64,000 nt of DNA from positions 4,154,001 to 4,218,000 of the forward strand of contig JBLDXI010000001.1 of NCBI GenBank assembly GCA_047495785.1. The letters run 5' to 3'. Each line of letters opens with the position of its first letter. Positions within the stretch are counted from its first letter, which is position 1. A program made the translations under genes and the position numbers. The stretch comes from Lepidodermella squamata (taxonomy: Eukaryota > Animalia > Gastrotricha). The notes beneath the pieces were generated by a model. It was not told where the DNA came from and searched no databases. It saw nothing but the letters and a program-made list of their open reading frames with translations. Shown one piece after another: positions 38,263 to 50,031 of this stretch.

Positions 38263-39338
38263 ATGTGCAAAATTATGGCTAAGCTCAAAATTCCCTACCA
38301 TTTATTGTCTAACAGTAAAAAGCTGACATATGTGGCTACTCCACTTCGATCTCTCGCGTCACTATGTAGTGCAAAAAATCTTCAAAATTTAGCCTTCATA
38401 ATTTTTGGCTCCGCTGTTCTCATTTTCGTCCTTCTAACCGTTGTTCGTGCCTACTTCGTTCTTTCATGCCCGTCATTGCCAGACGATGATACCAGTCAAA
38501 ATTTGCTCCAGTTTCAAGCTGATCCGAAATCAGTCGCGATTCTCATCTCGGCGACAGGGAAATATATAAAATTGGCTCTGGAGCTTATTGATAGCGCTCG
38601 ACTAAACTTCTGCCCGAGTGGGGAGTGCTCTAACGTGACTTACCTCCTATTCACGGATACAAAAGAGTCGGATATAAAACATACTGCAAGCAGAAATGAC
38701 TCGGACCACAGGATTCTTGTCATTCATCAACCTAAACTCGGATGGCCTGATGACAGCATGAAACGCTTTCACTCTTACGTGAGACAACATGCGATAATTA
38801 TGGTAAGATAGAAATTCATTTAGCCTGAATAATTCTCTCATTATTTCAGAGATACGACTTTGTGTTAGCAATGGATGCAGATCTCAGGTTTGTAAGTCCT
38901 GTATTACTCGGTCAAGTCTACGGTGATCTCGTCGGAGTTCTCCACCCTGGCTATCTTGAGGATTGGAGGATAGTGCTGCCCTTTGAAAGGAACGAAACGC
39001 GATCTAAGGCCTACATACCTCGCCACACAGCATGTCGCTACTACACAGGGGCAATATGGGGCGGCCGTACTGAGTATTTTCTAAGAGCGGTGAGAACCCT
39101 AGTTTGGCAGCTGGACTCAGATGCTCAGTTGTTAGGATCCAATTTCACTGCACGATGGCATGACGAGTCGCATTTAAATCGATATTTCTATGACCACCCG
39201 CCGACTAGAGTGCTACTGCCGGCTTATTACATGCCTGAGAAAAATGAGTTGTACTCGGAGGCTGTGAGAAGGATGAAGCCAAAAGTCATGGCGATGGAGA
39301 AAAACCACGATGAGCTACGTGATATAAAGCCATTGTGA
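38263..39338 (+). CDS. Family 6 glycosyltransferase (ABO/alpha-1,3-Gal(NAc)-transferase-like), copy 1
   Basis: Exons 38263-38802 and 38850-39338. Type II TM anchor. GT6 motifs ATGKY, YLLFTD, W..SMKRF, MDAD (DxD), LHPGY, FER...SKAYIP, YYTGAIWGG, AxWHDESHLNRY. Confidence 0.93.
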
Positions 39339-40494
39339 TTTCAGTGTTTAAGTAGTCTTATAGTAAGAAATAAAGCTCGAGTTTATACAGCCTATTTCAG
39401 CGCTTTGTGCCTGGATTTTTCATTTTGAAATAAAAACTGAGCTTTCCTATTGTACTCGTTAAATTCCCAACAATGCTCATTGCTGAAGCGGTCGGCCAAA
39501 AACTGTCTGCTCCGCCGAACATTTCAATGGATGCAAACAATAAGATATAAGTTTCTAGCGAGTGGATTAAGATGAAGCAAATGATGATCAATCTAATTAA
39601 ATTTAGTTAAATTAACGATTATATGCCACGTGGAACGGAGTCATCACGACGAGTCTGAATTGAGTTGGAAAAATTAGGAGGCTTTTTTTTAAATAGATAA
39701 TTGCTATTGACACATGACCTGATTAAATCATTTCGAGAGAAAAGCCGCCAAACAAAGACAATTTTGTATAATCTGGACATTCATCACGTCACAAGACGAG
39801 TCCGGTTTACGCAAAGTCCGGGTATTGCAATGCTAAAAAGACTGATATTGTTCAGTCGGATTTATCTTTGCATACTATGTATTGCTTCCCGGTGCCTAAT
39901 TCTTGCCTGAAGGCCACCTGTGACGATAAGCTACTTATAACCGCTTTCTCTGCAGTCCCAACGTTCGCAATCCCTCGATGAAGATTGAAATCATACATCC
40001 TCGCTGCGCTTCATGGCCCGTGGTTCATAAATTTGGTATAATATCCATGGATTCATTCGGAACCCGGAATGTTAAGAAGGTTATAGTTAACTTATCAACT
40101 TGTTTGCTTGTACGTGTCTGTCACTTCAGGGGCAAAACCTTCACAGTAACCCTAAATGGTGCCCAAAAAGGCTGAGATAAAAAGCACAGCTCATTCATGT
40201 AGAACACGCACTCGCTTAGAGAATCGTAATTCAGTTATCAGTCTACAGCAAGCTCACGCCGAATCAGGGCATACCCAGCAGCAAATGTCTTCCTAAATTG
40301 TCCTACAAACAACGTAACAGGTGAAAATTAAAATTACAAAAAAGCCACGCGACTAGTTTGTACCGAGCGTGATATAGTCTTAAAATTGATTAAATATCCA
40401 ACTCAAGTCCCGAAAACTTTGCCAACGGGACGTCGAGTTTGCGCTTATAAGGAGAAAGATCCAACATGGGAATCAAAACTGATAATTCTAAACC

Positions 40495-40794
40495 ATGAGC
40501 ACTCTTTCGCGTGTTTTCGCTCTTCTCTATTTATACATCGTTGCTTCAGCGTATTTTAAACGCTGCGTTGCAGATACCAGCCTTTTAGACGGCGAACTGG
40601 ACGACTTACTCGAAAATCTAGTTTACTTGAGCGACGATGAGTTGGCGGAACTTGAGTCATTGGCTGTCGAAGCTCTACAGCAGCTCACTAAGTCGAAATG
40701 CAGGGTAAAACTTAGATATATAAGAAAACTATATTGGATGATCTTTTTAATATGTAATTCTAAAACACTTCAGGCTGGCGGATGTATGGCCTGA
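40495..40794 (+). CDS. Small secreted prepropeptide-like protein (76 aa after splicing)
   Basis: Exons 40495-40704 and 40774-40794 (69-bp GT..cttcAG intron). Hydrophobic N-terminus, acidic amphipathic pro-region, ends KSKCRAGGCMA*. TATAA at ~40446 and AATAAA at ~40873. Confidence 0.65.
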   Translation: MSTLSRVFALLYLYIVASAYFKRCVADTSLLDGELDDLLENLVYLSDDELAELESLAVEALQQLTKSKCRVKLRYIRKLYWMIFLICNSKTLQAGGCMA

Positions 40795-40887
40795 ATACCA
40801 GCGCAACTTTATCAAGACTCATTATAAACCTTTGTCGATCTCGCTTGATTAATCGAGTGATACATAAAAGAGAATAAAACGCTTTAC

Positions 40888-42160
40888 TCAACTTCTGGTC
40901 GTGGAAACGATAGAAGAGCTAATAAAAAGGATCCAAAAAATCGGAGCTGTAGATACTCCATCGTTTTTGTAGCATTTCTGAACTTGCTGCCCGAACTGAA
41001 CCGATGATTCCTGATTGCAGCCATAAGGACCGCCTTTATTCAGCCTCGCGACGTCGTAGCAAAGCTTGCTGTAATCATTCGAGGACGAGCATTGAGACAG
41101 ATATCGATCGGCGTATCTTTGAATGCACTCCTCGGCACAAGCTTTGTCAGAAGCGCAACCAATGTAGCCAGAAGGGTGGTAAGCGCCACAATCGATGTAG
41201 TAAGCCTGAGAAATGTGATAAGGCCCACAGTGGCCATCGGGTAGACAGCCGATGTCAACCGTGCAATTGGTTTCAGCAGCACAGAGGCAATCAAAACATT
41301 TTCTATCGATTTTGCCGTTCCTTTCGGGTGATGTTGTAGTCGAACCAGAACTAGGCTTGCCATTCAAGCATTGCTCAACTCGGTTCCAGTAAGAAATACT
41401 AGACGGGTCTTTACATCCGTTTATCCCTACGTTGTGAATCCTGGAGAAGTCTTGGCAGTTTGGATAACGACCGTTTCCTACACAATTTTGAGCGTAACGG
41501 TCCATGTAGCGCTGCATACAAGTCTCAGCACAGGTTTTATTCGTGGTACAAGGCACATAACCACCACCTAACGACCCACAGTCAGTGTAGTAAGGCTGGG
41601 TTATCCTATAAGGACCACAGTAGCCCCCAGAACAGCCGTAGTTCAAGTTACAACCAGTTTCGACGTTGCAGATGCAGTCGTAGCAGTTGCGATCGATTTG
41701 ACCTGGAATTGGCTCATTGTTAAGGCACGCATTGACTTTGTTCCAATAAGGAATGCTAGCCGGGTCATTGCAGCCATTGATCCCCGAGTTGTGGATTCTG
41801 GCGAAGTCTTGACAGGTTGGTGCTCGGCTGTTCCCCACACAGTTTTGTGCATATCGGGCCATGTAGCCTTGAATGCACTGCTCAGCGCAGGCCTTATCTT
41901 TAGTACAAGCCTCATAACCACCTCCGGTCACCCCGCAATCTGAGTAGTAGGCATAGGAGATCCTGTATGGACCACAATAACCCCCTGAGCAGCCGTAGTT
42001 CAGATCACAGCCAGTTTCAGCCTGAAAAACAGCTTTAATCGAAAAACCAAGTTTCCAAACGAAAATTTACATTACAAATGCAGGATAAGCACTGATCGCT
42101 GACCGATGCAGCGTATGAGCCAATGGTTAATAAATTTAGAACCGTAGCTACATAGAGCAT
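40888..42160 (-). CDS. Three-domain invertebrate-type (i-type/destabilase) lysozyme-like protein with hydrophobic C-terminal tail (407 aa)
   Basis: Exons 42160-42071 and 42021-40888. Signal peptide. Three repeats of C..C.C..ET.C....GC....CGPY.I...YY.DCG......C..DK.CAE.C.Q.Y..RY...C......C.D.(A/S)R.(H)N.G..GC. Tail APIFWILFISSSIV. Confidence 0.92.
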
Positions 42161-45100
42161 TTTATTGTTGGTAGATCTCAAGACTTTTTTTTTCCAGAAC
42201 ATAAACATAGCATTGTTTGCGCTCACGCATCATCGACGACCCTTGTGCATTTTTTTGCTCTTATCACACAATCGTTATATGAAGCCGGCGTACCATGCTG
42301 TATGCTGAGATAAAAAATGTCGAGGTTAAGGTGCAGACCTATGCGAGTTTATATCGAGCTATGGTGCTTATTAAGGAGGCGCGACATTTCTTTGAGGCAT
42401 ATTTTAGGAATCAAGGTGGGCGAAAAATTAGAGTGTTGAAGTAACATGTAACCTGAAGACTCGAAAAGGCTAGGCGCACTAAACACAATTGTATTTTTTA
42501 ATTGGCTGAATATGGACAAAATTTGGCATGCAACAGTATATTCAATGATAAATTCCTGTTTCTCTATGAACATATATTTAAAACTCAGCTTTCATCGATT
42601 GATGCATCGGGACCGAAACAGCTCATCATATGGCTCACACGAAAAACACGTCTGACGGCACTCGTTTTATAAGGTCGTGCTTTATTAGCTGATTGCTGAA
42701 TCTGTCGGAAGCGAATACCACTGAAAACTGAGATGCAGACAAACAGCAAAGAATCATTTTAACCTGACTGGGCAGGCGATTTACCGCGTCCTTTTGAATA
42801 ACATTAGCCAGGAGAAAATATGAATTGCGTAAATTTTAGCTTTACGTTTCTCAGCATCGCGCTCTTCAAGCCTCTTTTGTGTACATCATCAGCACTTGTA
42901 ACAGTGGAGAAGTTCCGAGAGCACTTGAACGCGTCATTTTATGCTTATCCGTCGGTTCTATCCGAGGAATTGCCGCCCTTCGTCGTATCATCGGCCTTTT
43001 TCAGCAACGTATCAGCTGAATTGCCCGTTCTAACGATAATAATGCCCGTCTCCTATCAAGGCGTGCTGACTATGGGACCGTCAGCGACCAGATCGATTGA
43101 GCTTGCACTTGACCGGCTGGCATTGAATTCATCGCTATTAGACAAGTATCAACTTGCATTTGATACCTTTGAAGATGACGTAAGTTCCCGCGTTAATTTA
43201 AGGGTAACATCAACCTTTATGTAGTAAGACATTTAAAATATGTTTGGTTGCATTTATGCAACAATTTTAAGCCTGGAAAATCGAAGCCTGGTCCTCGAAA
43301 AAAGCTTCCGAGTAGGGATTTCTGGGATAATGATTTTAAATAGATAACACCTGATCAGACAGAAAATCGAGGCTTTACTTTTACATCTAATTTTATAGTG
43401 CTATGATCCCTGGGCAATCAATGGAACAATATATCGCCTGTTGCACGATGAACAAGGCAACGCTATGAGACTACCGTTACTGCTGATGCCAATGTGTCCA
43501 GATTACAGTCAGTACATCCTGTCCCTGGCATCGAAGTCTCTCAACATGGTCGCTGTAAGTACACAGCGTTCGCGTATTAATACTCTGACTGAGCTCAAGA
43601 TAGCCTCAAAAAATCCGAAATGTCTCCAAAAAGTAGCAAAGCTGTTTTTAGGAGAGTATTATTACGCGAATGACCTGTAATATGTATATATCGTTACTCA
43701 TCCGAATCTGATGATTTTTGACCCCGGATGACAACCATATGATATCGGTGATATATAATTATAATACATATTTAATATTTTACGGAATTTCTCACAGCTA
43801 ATCTCGTCATCTGTTAATGAAGAAGTACTTACCAACCATGCCACTGCTTCTTCAACTTTTTCGATATCGATTCCACCGTCGAAGCCCCTTGCCGCAGTTG
43901 CTGAATTCATTTGGGCTAATAATTGGCGCAAAGTCGCTATTATTTCGGAGCTTAATACTTACTATATTAATTTGGACGCAATTTTCGTATCCTTCCTCGA
44001 GGAAAAAGGCATTAGTCTAATATCTCTCGTTAAGGGCGAGTTAAATCCTTCCGCTGAGGCCATCGTGAACGCAGTCAATGACACGCTGAACAGCGGGGCT
44101 CGCATAATTTTACTCCACTCAGATGTTTCGGATCAATATCTCTGCGCGCTATATAAATTGGGCGCAAGCGAGCCGAATTTTGCTATTTTCGCCTCGGGAT
44201 TTTGGTCACTTCTCTTCGCGCCGGAAACATGCATCATTAGCAAAACATTTAATGCCTGGTGTACTTGCGAAATGCTGCAAGAAATCGGGCAGAATGTATT
44301 CACTTATAGCCAAGTCGCTCTGCATGAGGTAGATGAGAATTCGACAGACTCAACTGGACTCGGCTATGCGGGCTACGTTAGGGACATTAGGAGCAAAATT
44401 GTCAACTTTCAAAGCCTGCAAATCTGGGCACCAAATGTCTACGATCAAACTTTGTTCGTCGGCTACTGGCTGGATGCTTTTTCTGGCTGGCTGGACTATA
44501 TTCGCTACCTCCGATAACAGGGCTCCTCGGAATATATGATTTCGATGAAAAAAGGGCACTCCTACAAATGGCTATACCCCAGTTGCGATCACTCAGTATC
44601 AAAAGATCGAGAATGACAGGCTCATCCCGGTTACCGTCGCAATTTATGATTCCTCTGCCCCTAAAAGTAATCAAACGTGATTTGAAATGGAGCACGCTTA
44701 ATGGTAGGCGATTTTCAGATACGGTCCGCTATGACATCAGAATCATTCCGACCATTCCAAGGCACGATTCGATCTTCATGGCTTGTAAGTTCAATCTGAA
44801 ATACCAAATGCGAGGAACAATATTATAATTTCATACATTTGCAGCAGTCGGACTAATCGGTTGCTTTTTGACGATCATACTTGCAATACCGCCAGCTTTT
44901 TTGCAATCTATTTTTCTGCCCAAGGAAATAGAACCTGGGGTTTTAGTAGCTTCAGTTATTGCTCAAAATCGGCCGCCATTGATCGGAACCTTCCTTCTCT
45001 TCACTCAAAGTTTCATTCTTCCGTGCACGGAATACTTCGACCAACAGGCTTTATGTGAATCGTTTGCTATTTTGGTTTTCTTCGGAATCAGCCTCACTAT

Positions 45101-45350
45101 AGCGGGGAATTACGCGAAGCTTAGAGTTATCTTGCTAACTAGCAGGCAAAACCACCCGATGCTTGTGAGGGAACACTGCCTTCGCCAAATGGGACGAGCG
45201 GCGTTATTGGCCCTAGCAAATCGGTATTGCGGCATAATAACTGCTTTTGATTGACCATGCATTTTATTGTATTATATTGCGCGCGCTAACATTTATGCTA
45301 TTATGCGCTGCGCCAAAGCGCGTGTTCTGTTTATGAATATACTACGCACA

Positions 45351-46626
45351 CATAAGAGTACTACCGTACCACTTTTTTACTTCGAGCCCTAACGAATTTG
45401 GGTTGGTTTTATTGAAATCTTTTTAGATTTTCGTGGATGATGCTGGTATTTTGTCAGACCATCGTATGCCATAGCCCTTCATTAAAAGTCGGCCTGAGAT
45501 TCGCTCATTTTCTGCTGGCTGGGTTTTTCGGAAAACCAGTTTTTTCAGGGAAAACCTGACTTGGCTTGATGCGAATTAATTAGTATTTCATCTTAAAATG
45601 AAAATTCACTCATATTGAAAGGATAAGAGGCACTGAATAGACCAATTAACGCCGAGATGACATAGTTCCAATTGATGACCTGTTCTCCTCCTCAAAAAAT
45701 GATTGAAATTCAAGTTTGTCAGTAATTACTAATGAATCGGTATAATATGTTAATTTCGTGGATGATTGTGCAATTTTTCCGCTTAGAATCGAAGTCGAGG
45801 GCCAGACGATTGATTATGTTGGGTTATAAAGAAATTCTTGTGGCTAGATTATTTACAATCGCCACATAATTCTATAAAACAGGAGAAATTTTTACACATT
45901 CGACGGCATTTTCTGTTCTTTCAGAAGAATTTAGCCAGCAATGGTTAATGATCAACCCTTAGTTCCATTTGACAGGTCTTTGGCACTGATATTCAGTGGA
46001 AGAATGTAGTAGTCATCCACGAAATCACTTAGCTACGCCGATTCCAACTTGAATACTGAAAATCTTGCCTTACTGTCTTTATTCATCGAGGAACATGAAC
46101 CATAGGTTAAAACTATGTCATTTTCTCGTCCATTGTTCTCTTCAGTGCCTGTCATCTTTTCAATAGAGTGAATTTTCATTCAAATATGAAATAGTAATAA
46201 TTTAGCGGCTGAAAGACGAATTCGAACATCGCGTGAAGTCAAAATTTTCGTATAAACTGTCGCTTTAGGAAAAATCCAGCCTGTAAAATCTAGACATTCT
46301 TTGTAAACCAGTTGAACCAGGCCCCAACCATTCAAAATTCTGAAGAAAATAAATATATAATCCTCGAAATTAAAAATATATTAATTGAAAACCCCGCAAA
46401 TCTGGCCAAAAGCCCAAATTTTCCTACAAAATCTCGTTTCAAGAAAAAACCAACCAGTGAAACGCAGCAATTTTTCCTCAACCAGTTGAAACAGACCCTA
46501 AACATTCAGAATTCTGGAAAAAATGCATACATCACCCTCGTATTTAAAAAGATATTTGATGAAAAACGCGCCAAATTGGCTAATACTCGAATTTCACGAT
46601 AAATGCGATATGGTAGTACTCCTGTG
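45351..46626. mobile_element. Old CAT-ended fold-back MITE nested in the 5.5-kb element
   Basis: cataagagtactaccgta / tatggtagtactcctgtg. Degenerate TSD tacgcaca / tgcgcaac. Internal inverted arms ~45575-45670 vs ~46110-46202. Confidence 0.65.
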
Positions 46627-47716
46627 TGCGCAACACAGCGTACCTATAACACGTACCTTACGTCTGATATAATAGGAGAAAACCACGCGATTTTCGCTGA
46701 TGGCTGCGTATGTATCCATATTATAAGGCGGCGTTGCGGTTTTTATCGCGTTTCCCATCTCGCGAAAGAAAATTCGTCATGGAAAAAAGTTGCTTGCAGC
46801 TAAAGACTAAATTTGCGGCCGATGAAAGGGAATTGCCAATGCTTGTGCGGCCGGAGAAGGGTCAGTTCGTTACTGCGGCTGAAGCAAGGCTTCCCGGCCG
46901 CCAAAAATGCCACGGGTGAAACAGTTTGCGGAGCACTGCATTAGCGTCCCATTTAATTCATAATAGAGTTGCCAGTGACAAACTGCGAGGTGAACATTCA
47001 TGTTTTATAACAATTGACTGCTACAAACTTAGCAACAGCAAGCTTACAGCAAGCAAGAAACGAATGACGATGCGCGGACTTGCTAGCGGACTGATTTATC
47101 GACCGACCAGGATGTGAATAATTCAAATCCAATTATATGGCGAATAATGCAAGCGATTATTCGACGTTTTTGCAGCAGGGAGAGTGGGCTTTCAGTCGCC
47201 AAAACGAGTACACGATGCAATATTTTCTAACGCTGAAGAGAAGCTTCTAAGAGATCAACAATATTTCTCGAATTTAATCCCTAAACGCCCAAATGGACAG
47301 AACCGACGGTTCATTGAAGAGATCAGATGATTGAGATTGGGAGTTACAGGTTGTAGAGGAATTGGTTTGCAGGAAACAGGGTTGGTTATCGAAAACATAG
47401 GTCAGCTGACAAAATGCAAGTTGGGCTGTTCCGTCAAATTCATTTTGCAGTCGCTTGAAGCTTTGCAAAAAGCTGTATCCGAAATCAAAGATTCAAAAAT
47501 TAAAGGAATTTTTAATTGCCGCTATGTCTTCCCTACCTTTAGAACTGGCACTAGAAAAAAATATATTGATATATTCAAGGCCATAGAATATATGAAATTG
47601 GGGGAAATACTAACCTTTTTCATTATGAAAGAAAATCTTAAAGAATAAAAGACTTATTTCACAAAATAAATTCGGATTCAGCGTGAAAGGTTGAGCTAGG
47701 TTGCATGTTTTAGCGC

Positions 47717-48554
47717 TGTTACGACCGAAGTCCGAAAGCGACCACATCGCGGTCTGGTCGACCAGACCCCGACGTGGCTATAGCCGATTTCCACGTCGCG
47801 CTCTGGTCGACCGGGATGCGACGGGCCTGCAATCTCTCTTATCAAACACCTTTGTCGGGCTTCGGCTCGCAGGTGTCAACCCAGGTACGGTGGGCTCCAA
47901 ATCGAGAACAATGGACGCGCGCGCGCATTGTCCCGCCGTGCTCCGGCTCACACTTCTTGCGCGCGAGCCAGAGCCCGACCGCGCTTATCGACTAAGTCGA
48001 GTGGCCGAACATTTTCCTAATTAATATAAATAATGTACCAAAAAATGGCGAAGTCGCATTCCTCACGCACTGTAGTCAAACGATCTATATTTAGGGCCCA
48101 TTAACTGACTCGCGATTTTTTTCCGCTTGTTTTGTATTAATAATCTAGCCATTTTCCAAAATTTCTGTTATTTTTGTGACTCAAGCTGTGGCCGCTCAGG
48201 GGCTAGTAGACACGACTAAACTACAGTATTTTTGCTTCGCTTCCCTGGAGATAAAAAATAGAATGACTAGTAAAAAGTTGAAATCAAACGTAGTCGGGCT
48301 CTGGCTCATGCGCGCGCGTGTGAGCCAGAGCGCGGCGGGACAATGCGCGCGCGCGTCCATTGTTCTCGATTTGGAGCCCGCCGTACCTCGGTCGACACCT
48401 ACGAGCCGAAGCCCGACAAAGGTGTTTGATAAGAGAGATTGCAGGCCCGTCGCATTCTGGTCGACCAGAGCGCGACGTGGAAAACGAGGAATGCCCCGTC
48501 GGGGTCTGGTCGACCAGACCGCGATGTGGTCGCTTTCGGACTTGGGTCGTAACA
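47717..48554. mobile_element. Ginger-like MITE (TGT...ACA ends, ~270-bp TIR, 4-bp GCGC TSD), nested
   Basis: gcgc|tgttacgaccgaagtccgaaagcgaccacatcgcgg ... ccgcgatgtggtcgctttcggacttgggtcgtaaca|gcgc. The arms explain the mirror ORFs 47701+ and 48564-. Confidence 0.85.
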
Positions 48555-49112
48555 GCGCGACCACAAATGAAATGGGGAATAAATTGGGGGAAAAATATGT
48601 GTGTTAGTGCGCACGCCTGTGTGTTTGTGTGGGCTTTTCAGCTGCACGCGCACAACCTCGCGCATTTACTACATTTTTCGACTTGCAACGCGCAGATTTG
48701 AGAGCACACGGGCTGTTCTTAGGCGCGCGCACTTACACAGTTAAACTTTTCTACCGCATTTCTTCTTCATTTTGGAAGATTAACGTGCGCAAATATGCAC
48801 AATAACCTGACTTTTTCGCTGAATCCTAATAATATCTAATTTATTCCGTGAAATTCATCAATGTTCAGCAAATAATTTTTGTCTTTGTAAGCCAAGTTGG
48901 TGCGATCAGTAAACCATTTATCCTAAGCGCGCTCGTTGGTTTGAAGACAAAAACTGAGTCCTTAATTTTGCAGGAATGAATTCCTAATTCATATTAACGC
49001 GAGCACACGCAACTGTTAGTAAAATATCGCCAATAGTCTCCTGTAAAATCGCTGAAAAACCAAACAGCAATACCAGCGTCGAGAGAACATTTTATCATTT
49101 TCATTTCTCTAA

Positions 49113-50031
49113 GAGGGCTGTGATCGAAAGAGTAATAAATTTGTTATAAATTTATTTTTTGCTTATAACGCTAATATAAATCGCTCGCGCTAAGTTTTAT
49201 GTGCAGCAAAAAAATACTGTGATTTTTTGCTGCTGTTTAAGTTCTAATATTCTCTTACGTTATTCACGTCATTTGGGTCATTTCCTTCATTCATAAATTT
49301 TGACATTGCGCGCAGAGGTGAAACACTGCCCTCGCGGTCTGCATAGCCAATGGCCTCAAGACGATGTTCCAATTCTTTTGTTGAATCTGGAAAGCTAGTT
49401 TTTACCATTTTTCCCAAGAAAATAATCGTGATACAAAAACTACCAAAAGCTAACTCGATTTTCAATCCGCCAATAGCCGCATTTTTCGTGTCACAAACTA
49501 CCTGTATGCTGATGCCTTTATTTTATGATTTTAATCACAAACGAGTTTTCCCCAGCTTGAAAAATTTACCCTCTCACGCCTTATTTTGCATAATATTGAA
49601 GTGCCTCGTAAAAGCTGCCATTTCGAATGATGCAATAGCTAGATTTCAAGTCATCGAATGATTGTGGAATTTGTCAAAGGAGAAAAATATTTATCAGGGG
49701 TAATGCCAGCTTCTATAGCTTCTTATTCTGCTAAGAAAGCTGTTAGATACCAGTTAAAAGGTAACAGGTGTGCGATGAAATTGAATGATAACACTCAATC
49801 TATCATATATTTTGAAACTCGTGATTCGATTTACCGGTTTATCGAAAACGATCTGCTGAAAATAGTGATAATGACTGTAGTAAAGAATGCAATTGAAGCA
49901 GCAGAATAGGCAGAATAGGCAATAATATAGCACCAACAATAAAAAGTGTACGATAGATTTTTTTTCTGTGTCGCACTATAACGTCATTATAATGTTGTTA
50001 TAAATCTTATTTATGTACGATCACAGCCCTC
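49113..50031. mobile_element. Nested MITE with TAA TSD (PIF/Harbinger-like)
   Basis: taa|gagggctgtgatcg ... cgatcacagccctc|taa. Confidence 0.75.

Noticed and set aside
46900-47650. Possible transposase remnant inside the 5.5-kb element
   Set aside because: Multiple stops and no DDE or zinc-finger motif that I can recognise.
47701-48701. Several ~100-140-aa ORFs that look like a duplicated gene pair
   Set aside because: They are the two GC-rich arms of one inverted repeat read in opposite directions.
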